NCBI GenBank assembly: GCA_963755025.1
Contig: CAVWIH010000035.1
Span: 1 to 30,400, forward strand
Source: an uncultured Actinomycetes bacterium
Lineage (GTDB): Bacteria; Actinomycetota; Thermoleophilia; UBA2241
Direction of reading: 5' to 3'
Length of the DNA: 30,400 nt
Position numbers and translations under genes: made by a program. Of this stretch, positions 1 through 8,877 are shown one piece after another. The notes below the pieces were generated by a model. The model saw only the letters and a list, made by a program, of their open reading frames with translations. It did no database searches and was not told the DNA's origin. Each line of letters starts with the position of its first letter. The first letter of the stretch is position 1.

Positions 1-787
1 TGAAGCCCTCGCTCGGCGTCTGCGCGCCGAGCGGCGTCTCGCCCGGCAGCGACTCGCCGGGAGCCGGTACCCCGACGCCCGCCGCCCCGACGGGAGGCGG
101 CGACCCGACGGCCGGGAGCCCGACGGCTGCGGCCCCGACCGTAGCCGGCGCACCGACGGGCCGGCCCTGCGCCGCGCGCGACAGGCCGACCGGCGCGTCG
201 TTGGTGTAGACCCAGTGAGCCACCTTCGTCGTGGCGCTGTCGGGCTCGTCGGCCTGGGGCGTGACGCGCATGGTGGTGAGTCCCTCGTCGTCGCCCACGA
301 ACAGGGTGGCCGACGTGGCGCCCAGCAGGTCGACGATCTCGCCCAGGATCGTCTCGGCCATCTCGCCCGTCGAAGCCTGCGAGACAAGGCCGGCCGAGAG
401 CCGGTTCAGGGCGGCCGTCTCGTGCTCGCGGGCCAGCGCCTGAGCCTCGCGGTCGCGCATGCGGCCGGTCTGCAGACCCATCACCACGCCGATCACGAGA
501 AAGGCGAAGAGCGACAGATAGTCCTTCGGCTCGCGCACGAGCAGGGTGTGGTAGGGCGGCAGAAAGAAGAAGTCCCAGGCGAAGAAGGCCAGCACCGCGG
601 CCACGATCGCCGGCCCGGCGCCGCTGGCGCCGGCCACCAGCACTACGAGCAGCAGGTAAAGCAGGGCCCACTGGCCGTTGGCGAAGGTGCCGCGCCCCGG
701 CAAGAACAGCGCCGTCGACACGGCGATTGCCAGGACGGCCAGCAGGTAACCGTGGCGGGCGAACCAGGAGATCAGTCGACGCGGCAT
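1..787 (-). CDS. KdpD-like membrane sensor (DUF4118 4-TM domain + GAF), probably a histidine kinase; 3' part lies outside the window
   Basis: Manual translation from ATG 787: MPRRLISWFARHGYLLAVLAIAVSTALF...ALLYLLLVVLVA...AAVLAFFAWDFFFLPPYHTLLV...AREHETAALNRLSAGL. The 'WDFFFLPPYHTL' motif is typical of DUF4118. The frame is open to the window edge, so it is absent from the ORF track. It lacks the N-terminal KdpD/USP domains. Confidence 0.8.
   Translation of the reverse strand, partial: MPRRLISWFARHGYLLAVLAIAVSTALFLPGRGTFANGQWALLYLLLVVLVAGASGAGPAIVAAVLAFFAWDFFFLPPYHTLLVREPKDYLSLFAFLVIGVVMGLQTGRMRDREAQALAREHETAALNRLSAGLVSQASTGEMAETILGEIVDLLGATSATLFVGDDEGLTTMRVTPQADEPDSATTKVAHWVYTNDAPVGLSRAAQGRPVGAPATVGAAAVGLPAVGSPPPVGAAGVGVPAPGESLPGETPLGAQTPSEGF
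60..165 (-). repeat. Degenerate ~15-bp coding repeat (xVGxx pentapeptides) inside the sensor GAF region
   Basis: Recurrent CCGAC on the + strand at 15-18 nt spacing; translation PVGAP-ATVGA-AAVGL-PAVGS-PPPVG-AAGVG-VP. Confidence 0.65.
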
Positions 788-924
788 GAGACCTCGATCG
801 TGGACCGGTATCGAGACGCGATTCTACGCTGGTCGCGACGGCGCGCCAGCGGCGGCGCTTGCGACGGCGGCGGGCACGCTCGTCGTGAAGTAGCGGCCTG
901 CAAACGGGGCGCACTCCCAGCGCC

Positions 925-1025
925 GGCCGGGGCCGGCCTATGCGGGCGCCGACGGTGGTCACCAGGCCCGGCGCCAGCGGCGAGGCACGATGAAGGTGTC
1001 GAGCAGCACACCGATGGCCACGCCC
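925..1025 (-). pseudogene. Remnant of the last TM segment of an MMPL/RND-family transporter
   Basis: Reads GVAIGVLLDTFIV, then after a frameshift SPLAPGLVTTVGARIGRP. This resembles the MMPL C-terminal consensus GVLLDTFIVRxxLVPAL...G...WWP. No start and no rest of the gene. Confidence 0.55.
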
Positions 1026-1098
1026 GGGCCGGCCTCGACCCGGTACTCGACCGGCTCGGCGGCCAAGATGAGCTCTGACCCCGAGTCGTCCGTATCCT

Positions 1099-1899
1099 TC
1101 AGGCGCCCCGCACCCGACGCTCGACGCTGCCGTCGGCGTGCCCCACCACGACCTCGTCGGCCATGCCGAAGAAGAGGCCGTGCTCGACGACGCCCGGCAG
1201 CGCCTTGAGCGCGGCGGCGAGGGCCGGCAGGCCCTCGCCGCCGCGCTCCGCAAGGCTGCAGTCGACGACGTAGTGACCCTCGTCGCTCACGAACGGGCGT
1301 CCGTCGGCGCCGTTGCGTACCACGGCCGTGGGCGCCAGCTCGAGCAGCGCCCGGCGCGTCTCGCGCCAGCCGAAGCGCACGACCTCGACGGGCAGCGCGT
1401 GGCGCTCGCCCAGGTAGGCGGTGAGCTTGTCGTCCTCGACGACGATGAGGCGCCGCGCGGCGGCGCGCGCCAGAAGCTTCTCGCGCAGCAGGGCGCCGCC
1501 GCCGCCCTTGAGCAGGTCGAGCCGCGGGTCGACCTCGTCGGCGCCGTCGACCACCAGGTCGAGGAGTGGAGCGGCCGGACCGGCGCCGTCTGCGCGAGTC
1601 GCGGCGGGCGCGCTCACGGCGACCGCGCTGTCCGCGAGCCCGCGCCGCTTGAGGTCGAGATCGTCGAGCGCGACGACGGGAAAGCCGGCGATGCGGGCCA
1701 GGCGGTCGGTCTCCGACGAAGCGGCCACGCAGAGCAGCGGTGGACCGGCCGGCCAGCGCCGGGCGGCGAGCTCGATCACCGCCACGACCGCGCGCCCCGA
1801 GCCAAGGCCGATCGTCGCGCCCTCTGTCAGGATCTCGACCGCGGCCGCGGCCGCAGCGTACCGCGCTACCGTCGCCGCCCGCTCATCGACTGCCGTCAT
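1099..1899 (-). CDS. rpiA: Ribose-5-phosphate isomerase A
   Basis: Motifs IGLGSG, DGADEVD, KGGGGALLREK, LPVEVV, PGVVEHGLF. GGAG lies 6 nt before ATG 1899. An Ala/Pro-rich insertion precedes DGADEVD. Confidence 0.93.
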   Translation of the reverse strand: MTAVDERAATVARYAAAAAAVEILTEGATIGLGSGRAVVAVIELAARRWPAGPPLLCVAASSETDRLARIAGFPVVALDDLDLKRRGLADSAVAVSAPAATRADGAGPAAPLLDLVVDGADEVDPRLDLLKGGGGALLREKLLARAAARRLIVVEDDKLTAYLGERHALPVEVVRFGWRETRRALLELAPTAVVRNGADGRPFVSDEGHYVVDCSLAERGGEGLPALAAALKALPGVVEHGLFFGMADEVVVGHADGSVERRVRGA

Positions 1900-1962
1900 C
1901 GTCATCTCCGGGTACAAGGCTCACCGGTCACCTCTGACAGCATTCCCGTGATGGGGCTAGTG

Positions 1963-2066
1963 CTACTGCCCTCCGCTCTCGGCCGAGGCGGTGACCGACG
2001 GCCGGGTCAGCGACAGCAGCGCCGCGGCGAGCGCCATGCCGGCCGCCACGACTGAAGATCGCCAGG
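1963..2066 (-). pseudogene. Possible remnant C-terminal TM helix of a deleted membrane transporter
   Basis: The intergenic DNA reads LAIF/VVAAGMALAAALLSLTRPSVTASAESGGQ* with host-like codon usage and one frameshift; no start. Confidence 0.3.
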
Positions 2067-2067
2067 G

Positions 2068-3561
2068 CTACGCCTGTTCTGCCGGGGCAAGCGACGCCCG
2101 CAGGGCCAGCAAGGCGCGCTCGTGGCGCTCCCAGAGCGCATCCCAGACGAGCGACCGGTCTTCGCGGGGCGCGAGGGTGTCGAGGGCCGCGGGCGCGGCG
2201 GCGGGCATGCGGCCGTGGCCGACGGCCATGGCCGCCAGCGCCGCCGCGCCGATCGCCGAATGGCCGGTCTCGCCGTCGGCGGCGTAGACCACGTGGCGTC
2301 GCGCGGCGTCGGCGAGCTGCCGGCGGAACGCGGGGTCGGCCCCGCTGCCGCCGGCCACGCGCACCGTGCCGTGCGGCAGCCCAGCCTGGTCGAGCACGGC
2401 CAGGCAGCGGCGCGATTCGATCACGACGCCGTCGACCAGCGCCCGCGCCACGTCGGCGGCGCCGTGGCCCAGGGTAAGGCCAAAGATCGTGCCCGAGACC
2501 GTGGGGTCCCACAGGGCGCCCTGCTCGCCGGGCGCCAGATACGGCAGAAACGAGATGCCGCCGGAGCCCGGCCCGACGCCTGCAGCGAGCGCCATCAGCG
2601 CCGCCTCGTCGCCACCGGCCTCGCGCAGCAGGCCCGCCAGCCAGCGAAAAGCGCTGCCCGTGGTGAGCAGGTCCATCTCGAAGCCCCAGCCGTCGATACC
2701 GGCGAGCGGTGTGATCAGGTAGCGATGTCCGGGATCGATCACGAGACGATCGGCGATGCCCAGGTAGACGGTGCTCGTGCCGGCCACGCAGGCGACGTCG
2801 CCGGGGTGCGTGACCCCCAGGCCAAGGCAGCCCAGCACCGAGTCGGCGCCGCCCAGGCACACAGGCAGACCGGCGGGCAGGCCAAGGCGCGCCGCCGCGG
2901 CGGCCGTCAGGGGCCGGGTCGCCGTCGAGGGCAGCACCGCGGGCAGGGCCGGCAGCGCCCCCGCGGCGGCCACGACGTCGTCGAGCCACGCGCCCTCCTC
3001 GAGCCCGTAGCAGCCGAAGCCGCTGGCGGTGCTCGGGTCGGTGGCGAACTCGCCGGCCAGGCGGTGGAACAGCCAGTCCTTGGCGCCGAGCAGGCGGCGC
3101 GCGCGGCGCGCCGCCTCGGGCGCCGCGTGCGCCAGGCGCTGGTACATGGGCAGCAGGTATCGGCCGTCGATCCATTGGCCGGTGCGCGCGTACAGGCGCT
3201 CGCCGTCGAGGCGGCCGCGCAGGGCCTCGCCTTCGGGCTCGGCGCGCCCGTCCTCCCAGGTGATCGCCGGGGCGACCGGGGCGCCGTCGCCGTCGGCGAC
3301 CACCAGCGTGGGGATCATGCCCGACAGACCTATGGCCGCCCAACGTTCGGGCGGCGCGCCGCCGGCGCGCAGCTCACCCACGACCGCCTCGACCGCCAGC
3401 CACCAGTCGGCGGGCGACTGCTCGGCGGCGCCGGTTTCGGGGCGCGCGGTCGGGTAGCCGGCGTGGGCGCGGGCGGCGATCTCGCCGCCCGCGCCCACCG
3501 CCACCGCTTTCAGGCTCGAGGTACCGAGGTCGAGCCCTATGTACAGGGGAGTGTCGGTCAC
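2068..3561 (-). CDS. FGGY-family carbohydrate kinase (xylulokinase-like)
   Basis: IGLDLGTSSLKAV, GAAEQSPADWW, PAITWEDGRA, GGADS, AGTS, FLPYLAPGE, VAGG. The start overlaps the permease stop (GTGA). Confidence 0.9.
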   Translation of the reverse strand: MTDTPLYIGLDLGTSSLKAVAVGAGGEIAARAHAGYPTARPETGAAEQSPADWWLAVEAVVGELRAGGAPPERWAAIGLSGMIPTLVVADGDGAPVAPAITWEDGRAEPEGEALRGRLDGERLYARTGQWIDGRYLLPMYQRLAHAAPEAARRARRLLGAKDWLFHRLAGEFATDPSTASGFGCYGLEEGAWLDDVVAAAGALPALPAVLPSTATRPLTAAAAARLGLPAGLPVCLGGADSVLGCLGLGVTHPGDVACVAGTSTVYLGIADRLVIDPGHRYLITPLAGIDGWGFEMDLLTTGSAFRWLAGLLREAGGDEAALMALAAGVGPGSGGISFLPYLAPGEQGALWDPTVSGTIFGLTLGHGAADVARALVDGVVIESRRCLAVLDQAGLPHGTVRVAGGSGADPAFRRQLADAARRHVVYAADGETGHSAIGAAALAAMAVGHGRMPAAAPAALDTLAPREDRSLVWDALWERHERALLALRASLAPAEQA

Positions 3562-5062
3562 AGGCCGAAGCCCTCGCTCGGCGGCTCGGGGTTGTCGAAG
3601 GCAGCCTCGACCTTGTCGCCGAAGCTCGTGGTCGGGTCAGAGTAGAACTTGGCGTGGCCGACGCCTTTGGCGATGAACGACAGCGGGATGCCGGCGAGCG
3701 CCAGCCCGAACCCGAGCCCGATCTCGGCGCCGGACAGCGCGTGGGTCGCCAGCTCGTAGACGATCACGAAGAGCATGAAGGCGGCGCCGAAGCCCGGCAG
3801 GATGCCGCCGAGCACGAAGTTGCCGACACTCCGCGCGATCGCCCTGCGGTAGTACCAGACGGCCGTGCTCGCGGTGAGAAAGTAGAAGGTCGCCGCCATC
3901 AGCCCGAGAGTGTTGACGATGTTGATGAGGGCCTTGCCGACCGTGCCTGAGAGCAGCATGACGGCGGCCAGAAAGACGACGTTGAGAAGACCGAGCAGGA
4001 TCGTGGCGTTCCACGGGGTCCGATAGCGCTTATGGATGCTGTCGAAGAACTTCGGGAACACGCGGTCGCGACCCATGGCGAACGAGATGCGCCCCGAGCT
4101 GACGATCGCGGCCTGCAGGCTGGCCAGCGTGCCGCCTAGCACCGCCACGATCATCACGTTCTTCCAGAAACCGCCGCCGATCTTATCGCCCACGAAGGCC
4201 AGGATGTTGGCCTGGTTGTTGACCATCGTGCCGAACGGGGCGACGCCCTGGAAGGCGAAGATCACGAACGAGTAGATGAAGAAGAGGATGACGACGGACA
4301 GGATGGCGGCCGGTCCGGCCTGCTTGCCCTTTGCCTCCTCACCCACATAGGCAGCGGTGTCCCAGCCCGAGTACAGGAAGATGGCGATGAGGATACCGCC
4401 GACGAGGCCTGTCTTGGGCAGCGTGAAGAGCGAGCTCACGGTGTGCACCGAGCCGGACAGGCCGGTGGAGTAGATCATGATGATCGCCGCCACGGCGAAG
4501 CCGATCATCAGCGTGTACTCGAAGATCGCCCAGGCCCAGTTGAAGCGTGCCGAGAGCTTGATGCCGAGGGCGGCGACGATGAGCACAAGGATGTCGAAGG
4601 CGCTGCCGACAAGGACCACCCAGTACTTGTTGTTGGCGGCGCTGTTCGAGAAGAAGCTCAAGAAGTAGGAGCCCAGGGGAACGGTCAGACTGACCGTGCC
4701 CACCGTGTAGTACATGAGCATGATCCAGCCGGCGAAGAAGCCGGCGTGCGGGTTGATCGCGCGCCCGACCCAGGAGTACGTGGCGCCGGCGCTGGGCTGC
4801 CAGGCGTTCAGGCGCTGATAGCCGATGGCGATGCCGATCATGGGGATGAAGCAGATGAGGATCGCCATGAAGGTGTGGTAGTACACGGCGATCATGAGGC
4901 CGACGATGCCGACGGCGATGCTCTGCGTCGGCCCCGAGCTCGCCAGGGCCATGATCACTACATCGCCTATGCGGAGGGCGCCGGCCTTGAGGCCCCCCCG
5001 CTGCCGGCGGCGCCTTCTCCTGTGGCCTGCGGGCTCGGTGGCTTGATCGTCACATCAGACAT
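3558..5062 (-). CDS. APC-superfamily amino acid/amine permease (1-nt frameshift in the G7 run at 4993-4999)
   Basis: About 12 hydrophobic segments; PSAGATYSW, FLYSGWDTAAYVGEEAK, RISFAMGRDRVFPKFF..H..YRTP. Strong RBS GGGGGAGG before ATG 5062. Adding one G joins MSDVTIK...GSGGGLKAGALRIGDVVIMALAS to the 3558..4958 ORF. Confidence 0.88.
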
Positions 5063-6095
5063 TGCCTCCCCCTTTCAGGGACCTGCGGGGACGAGTGCGC
5101 TTGGCGGGATCGGTGCGGGCCGACTTGGCCTGGCTGGTGGCGCGCGCCGGTTTAGCCTGGGCCGCGACGCGGGCCGGTTTGGCGGACGCAGCCCCGACCG
5201 GCGCGACGCTCCAGTCGCGCACGTCGGTGCCGCGGAACACGTGGCGGGCGGTCTGGCCCGAGATCGAGAAGACGATCTCGGCGGCCGGGTAGACCTGCTG
5301 AAAGCAGTCGAAGGGGCGGCTGCGCTTGTCGAAGCTCACGCCGCGCAGGCGCACGACCTGGTCGCCGCGCCCGAGCTCGAGGAGCCGACGTTCGTCGGCG
5401 CTCGGGGCGACGACCTCGAGGAACTGCTCCTCGTAGTCGTCGTCGAGCCCATAGCGGCGGGCGAGCAGGCGGTACAGCGAATCGGCGACCTCGGCGGTAC
5501 GCGCGTCGAGGCCGGGCGCCAGGTTCACGGGAATGACGGCCTGCTCGGCGATCATGGGGCGGCCGTCGATGACGCGCAGGCGCCGCACCTGCCAGACCTC
5601 GTCGCCGGCGCCGAGCTGCAGCGCGTGGGCGAGCGTGGGCGACGGCAGCCCGCGCAGCACGGCGAGCACGCGGGTCGTGATCTCGTGGGCGCCGTGCTCC
5701 TCGGCCAGCGTGCCGAGCAGCCCGCCGGCGCGCGCCGGTTCGCTCACCAGGCGCGGTCGCGCCACGAACGTGCCGACGCCCTGATGGCTGTGCACGCGGC
5801 CCTGCTGTTCGAGCTCGGCGAGCGCGCGGCGCACCGTGATCAGGCTCACGCCGGCGCTCGCGGCGAGCTCGGCACGACTGGGCAGCAGGTCGCCCGGGCC
5901 CAGCCGTTCGTCGGCGATCAGGCGCTCGACCCTGGCCATGACGTCTTCGTAGCGCAGGCGCCGGGGCGCCGCGCTCGCCGACGGCGCCGGTCGTGCCGGC
6001 TGCCTCGCGGTCGCTCTCGCGACCTCCGCCGGCCGCGCCGGCGCCTTGCGACGCGCCGGCCGTCGTTCAGGCCGCTCCCCAGGCGAGCCCGCCAT
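5055..6095 (-). CDS. GntR-family (HutC/UTRA) transcriptional regulator
   Basis: wHTH PGDLLPSRAELAASAGVSLITVRRALAELEQQGRVHSHQGVGTFV followed by a UTRA-like domain (VRRLRVIDGRPM..E, SLYRLLARRYG). Only the 3' part of the 832-aa track ORF is real; the start could be further downstream. Confidence 0.9.
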   Translation of the reverse strand: MAGSPGERPERRPARRKAPARPAEVARATARQPARPAPSASAAPRRLRYEDVMARVERLIADERLGPGDLLPSRAELAASAGVSLITVRRALAELEQQGRVHSHQGVGTFVARPRLVSEPARAGGLLGTLAEEHGAHEITTRVLAVLRGLPSPTLAHALQLGAGDEVWQVRRLRVIDGRPMIAEQAVIPVNLAPGLDARTAEVADSLYRLLARRYGLDDDYEEQFLEVVAPSADERRLLELGRGDQVVRLRGVSFDKRSRPFDCFQQVYPAAEIVFSISGQTARHVFRGTDVRDWSVAPVGAASAKPARVAAQAKPARATSQAKSARTDPAKRTRPRRSLKGGGNV

Positions 6096-6106
6096 CTGCG
6101 CCGCCC

Positions 6107-7468
6107 TTACCTGGCGCCGCTCTCGGCGGCGAGTATGGGGAAGACCTCGGCGGCGGCGGTGAGGGTCTGGTCGATGTCGGCGTTGGTGTGCACCAGGCTG
6201 ACGAAGAGGTTCTCGAACTGGCTGGGGTGGAAGATCACGCCGCGCAGCAGCATCTCCTGCCACCAGCGCGTGAAGCGCGCCTCGTCGGCGTTGGCGCGGG
6301 CCTCGCGCCAGTCGTGGATGGGGCGCTCGCTGAACCAGAGCTGAAAGACGGTGCCCAGACCCTCGACCTGCACGGGGATGCCGTGTTGGCCGGCCAGGTC
6401 GCGCAGGCCCTGCGCCAGGCGGTCGCCGACGGCGCGCTGGCGCTCGTAGAGCCCGGGCTCGGCCAGCACGTCCATGGTGGCCGACACCGCGGCGCACTGC
6501 ACCACGTTGGCGTTGTAGGTACCCGAGTGCGAGTAGCGGCCGTCGTCGATCATGCCCATGACTGCGCGCGTGCCGCCGATGGCGGCCACCGGGAACCCGC
6601 CGCCCAGACCCTTGGCCATGGTCGTCAGGTCGGGCATGACGCCGTACCACTCCTGGGCGCCGCCCCGGCTGAAGCGAAAACCGGTGATGACCTCGTCGAA
6701 GATGAGGATGGCGCCGTGTTTGGTGGTCTCGGCGCGCAGCAGCTCGAGGTAGCCCGGTCGCGGCAGGATGCAGCCGGTGTTGAACATGGCCGGCTCGGTG
6801 ATGACCGCGGCGATCTCGTCGCCGCGCTCGTCCATGAGGCGCTGAAAGCCGTCGAGGTCGTTCCACGAGAGCACGACGAGCGTGTCGGCCAGCTCCTGCG
6901 GCACGCCGGGGCCCGAGGCCACCGGGCGCGGGTGGTCGGCCGGGCCGGCTTCGGCGGGGTCGACGTGGTTGCTCCAGTACACGACGTCCTGCCAGCCGTG
7001 ATAGTGGCCCTCGAAGCGCACCAGCAGGCGGCGGCCGGTGACGGCGCGCGCCAGGCGCACCGCGGTGCCCACGGCCTCGCTGCCCGAGTTGGTGAAGCGC
7101 ACCATCTCGAGGCTGGGCACGGCGTCGACGACCTTCTGGGCGGCCTCGATCTCGAGCTCGTAGGGCACGCCGAAGCAGGTGCCCAGCTCGGCGACCGCGT
7201 CTTGCACGGCCTTGGTGACCGCCGGGTGACGATGGCCCAGGATCATGGGCCCGAGGCCGAGCAGGTAGTCGAGGTATTCGTGGCCGTCGACGTCGGTCAT
7301 GCGCGCGCCTTGGCCCTGGGCGATGAACGGCGGGTAGGGCGTCCAGCCGAATTTGAAGGTGCGGGCGCTGCTGCCGGCGCCGGCGGGCACGATGCGCCGC
7401 GCCCGTTCGAACAGCTCGCGCGACCGCGGCATGCGTTCTTCGTAGCGCGCTGGAAAGTCCATGGGCAT
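6107..7468 (-). CDS. Class III PLP aminotransferase, glutamate-1-semialdehyde aminomutase-like paralogue
   Basis: DVDGHEYLDY, GPMILGH, VRFTNSGSEA, FEGHYHG, LIFDEVITGFR, PDLTTMAKGLGGGFP (PLP lysine), HSGTYNAN. AGGAG RBS; start at 7468 or 7462. Confidence 0.9.
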   Translation of the reverse strand: MPMDFPARYEERMPRSRELFERARRIVPAGAGSSARTFKFGWTPYPPFIAQGQGARMTDVDGHEYLDYLLGLGPMILGHRHPAVTKAVQDAVAELGTCFGVPYELEIEAAQKVVDAVPSLEMVRFTNSGSEAVGTAVRLARAVTGRRLLVRFEGHYHGWQDVVYWSNHVDPAEAGPADHPRPVASGPGVPQELADTLVVLSWNDLDGFQRLMDERGDEIAAVITEPAMFNTGCILPRPGYLELLRAETTKHGAILIFDEVITGFRFSRGGAQEWYGVMPDLTTMAKGLGGGFPVAAIGGTRAVMGMIDDGRYSHSGTYNANVVQCAAVSATMDVLAEPGLYERQRAVGDRLAQGLRDLAGQHGIPVQVEGLGTVFQLWFSERPIHDWREARANADEARFTRWWQEMLLRGVIFHPSQFENLFVSLVHTNADIDQTLTAAAEVFPILAAESGAR

Positions 7469-7522
7469 CTGCTCCTGACCGTTCGCCGGCGAGCGCGCCA
7501 ACGACTCGTCGGCGCACCCACT

Positions 7523-7582
7523 TGGTATACTCTGTATGCTCAGTGTGACGCACATCCTAGCCAGTTGCGTACCGACCGACAA
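7523..7582. promoter_or_regulatory. Face-to-face sigma70-type promoters for the aminotransferase operon (-) and the SIS gene (+)
   Basis: Minus strand: TTGTCG(7582-7577)-N17-TAGGAT(7559-7554). Plus strand: extended -10 TG-G-TATACT (7523-7531). A tandem GTATACT/GTATGCT lies at 7525-7540. Confidence 0.55.
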
Positions 7583-7695
7583 GCGATGACGGCCGGCGCG
7601 GCGCACGGCACGTCAGGCGACGGTCGGTCGGCGCGAACGGCCCCGGCGGCGCGAGCGCTCACGGCACCGATACCGGCGGCGAAAGCGAGAAGCCG

Positions 7696-8766
7696 ATGCC
7701 CTTCATGCGCGACGAGATCTTCGAACAGCCCGACATCGTGGCCCGCCTGGCCGCCGACCTGACGCCTTACCGCCACGCGGTGGCCGCGGCGCGGGCGGCC
7801 GGGGCGCGCTTCGTGCTCTACGCGGCGCGCGGCACCAGCGACAACGCCGCCGTCTACGGCAAGTACCTCGCCACCATCCACGCGGGGCTGCCGGCCGGCC
7901 TCGCCGTGCCCAGCTCGGCCACCGTCTACGACACGCCCCTCGACCTGCGCGACTGCCTGGTGATAGGCATCAGCCAGAGCGGCGAGACGCCCGACGTGGC
8001 CGAGTATGTCGCCCACGCGCGCCGCGCGGGCGCTTTCACGATCGCTATCACCAACGACGACGACAGCCTGCTGGCGCGCCAGGCCGACACCGTGCTCGCC
8101 ACCCACGCCGGCCACGAACGCGCGGTGGCCGCGACAAAGACCTTCACCAGCCAGCTCGCAGTGCTCGCCCTGTTCTGGGCGACCTGGTGCGACAACGCGG
8201 CGCTGCTCGGTGCGCTGCGCGACGACGTGCCCGACGCCATGCGAGCCGCGCTGTCGCTCGATGCCGAGATCGCCGAGATCGCCCAGTGGCTGCGCTTCAG
8301 CGAGCGCCTGCTGGTGGCCGCCCGCGGCTACAACTTCGCCACGGCGCTCGAGGCCGCGCTCAAGTTCAAAGAGACCTCGTACATCGCCGCCATGCCCTAC
8401 TCGGCCGCCGACCTCATGCACGGCCCCATCGCCATGGTCGAGCCGGGCTACCCGGCGCTGCTGTTCGCCCTGCCCGGCCCGGCGCTCGCCGCCATGCGGA
8501 CACTCGAAGACGACCTGCTGGCGCGCGGCGCCGAACCGGTCGTCGTGGAGAACGGCGGGCGGCCGCAGGCCGCCCGCACCGCCGGCGGCGCCGTCACGGC
8601 CGCGCCGGGCGCGCGCCGCCTCGTGCTGCTCCGCGAGGTGCCCGAAGCGCTCTCGCCGCTGGCCGCGATCGTGCCCGCGCAGTTGCTGGCGGCGCACCTG
8701 GCCGCGGCCCGCGGCCTCGACCCCGACAAGCCGCGCGGCCTGCACAAGATCACGAGGACGTTGTAG
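7696..8766 (+). CDS. Double-SIS sugar-phosphate deaminase/isomerase (GlmS isomerase domain without glutaminase; NagB-II/GlmD-like)
   Basis: ARGTSDNAA, ISQSGETPD, ERAVAATKTF, ALEAALKFKE, HGPIAMV, C-terminal RGLDPDKPRGLHKIT. Confidence 0.88.
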   Translation: MPFMRDEIFEQPDIVARLAADLTPYRHAVAAARAAGARFVLYAARGTSDNAAVYGKYLATIHAGLPAGLAVPSSATVYDTPLDLRDCLVIGISQSGETPDVAEYVAHARRAGAFTIAITNDDDSLLARQADTVLATHAGHERAVAATKTFTSQLAVLALFWATWCDNAALLGALRDDVPDAMRAALSLDAEIAEIAQWLRFSERLLVAARGYNFATALEAALKFKETSYIAAMPYSAADLMHGPIAMVEPGYPALLFALPGPALAAMRTLEDDLLARGAEPVVVENGGRPQAARTAGGAVTAAPGARRLVLLREVPEALSPLAAIVPAQLLAAHLAAARGLDPDKPRGLHKITRTL

Positions 8767-8787
8767 CGCACCGCGCACCTGCGCTCC

Positions 8788-8841
8788 GAGACGCGAAGGG
8801 CGGCCCGGCGGGCCGCCCTTCGCGTCTCTTCTTTGTCTTTT
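8788..8841 (+). terminator. Intrinsic terminator between convergent genes
   Basis: Perfect 19-bp inverted repeat GAGACGCGAAGGGCGGCCC / GGGCCGCCCTTCGCGTCTC (8788-8806 and 8810-8828) followed by TTCTTTGTCTTTT. Confidence 0.9.
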
Positions 8842-8877
8842 GACCGTCGGCTCGCGCGCCGCGGGCCGTCGGTCGCG

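Noticed and set aside
215-1078. 287-aa plus-strand ORF
   Set aside because: It is the antisense shadow of the minus-strand DUF4118 sensor gene and has no recognisable motifs.
6107-7468. Calling the aminotransferase hemL
   Set aside because: It lacks the typical GGVNSPVRA N-terminal motif (it has AGAGSSART) and sits in a catabolic operon with no tetrapyrrole genes.
5055-7553. 832-aa ORF suggesting a giant GntR fusion
   Set aside because: The 5' part is an Arg/Pro-rich off-frame read of the aminotransferase; only 5055..6095 is GntR.
7696-8766. Calling the SIS protein glmS
   Set aside because: There is no N-terminal Cys glutaminase domain; it is 356 aa with SIS domains only.
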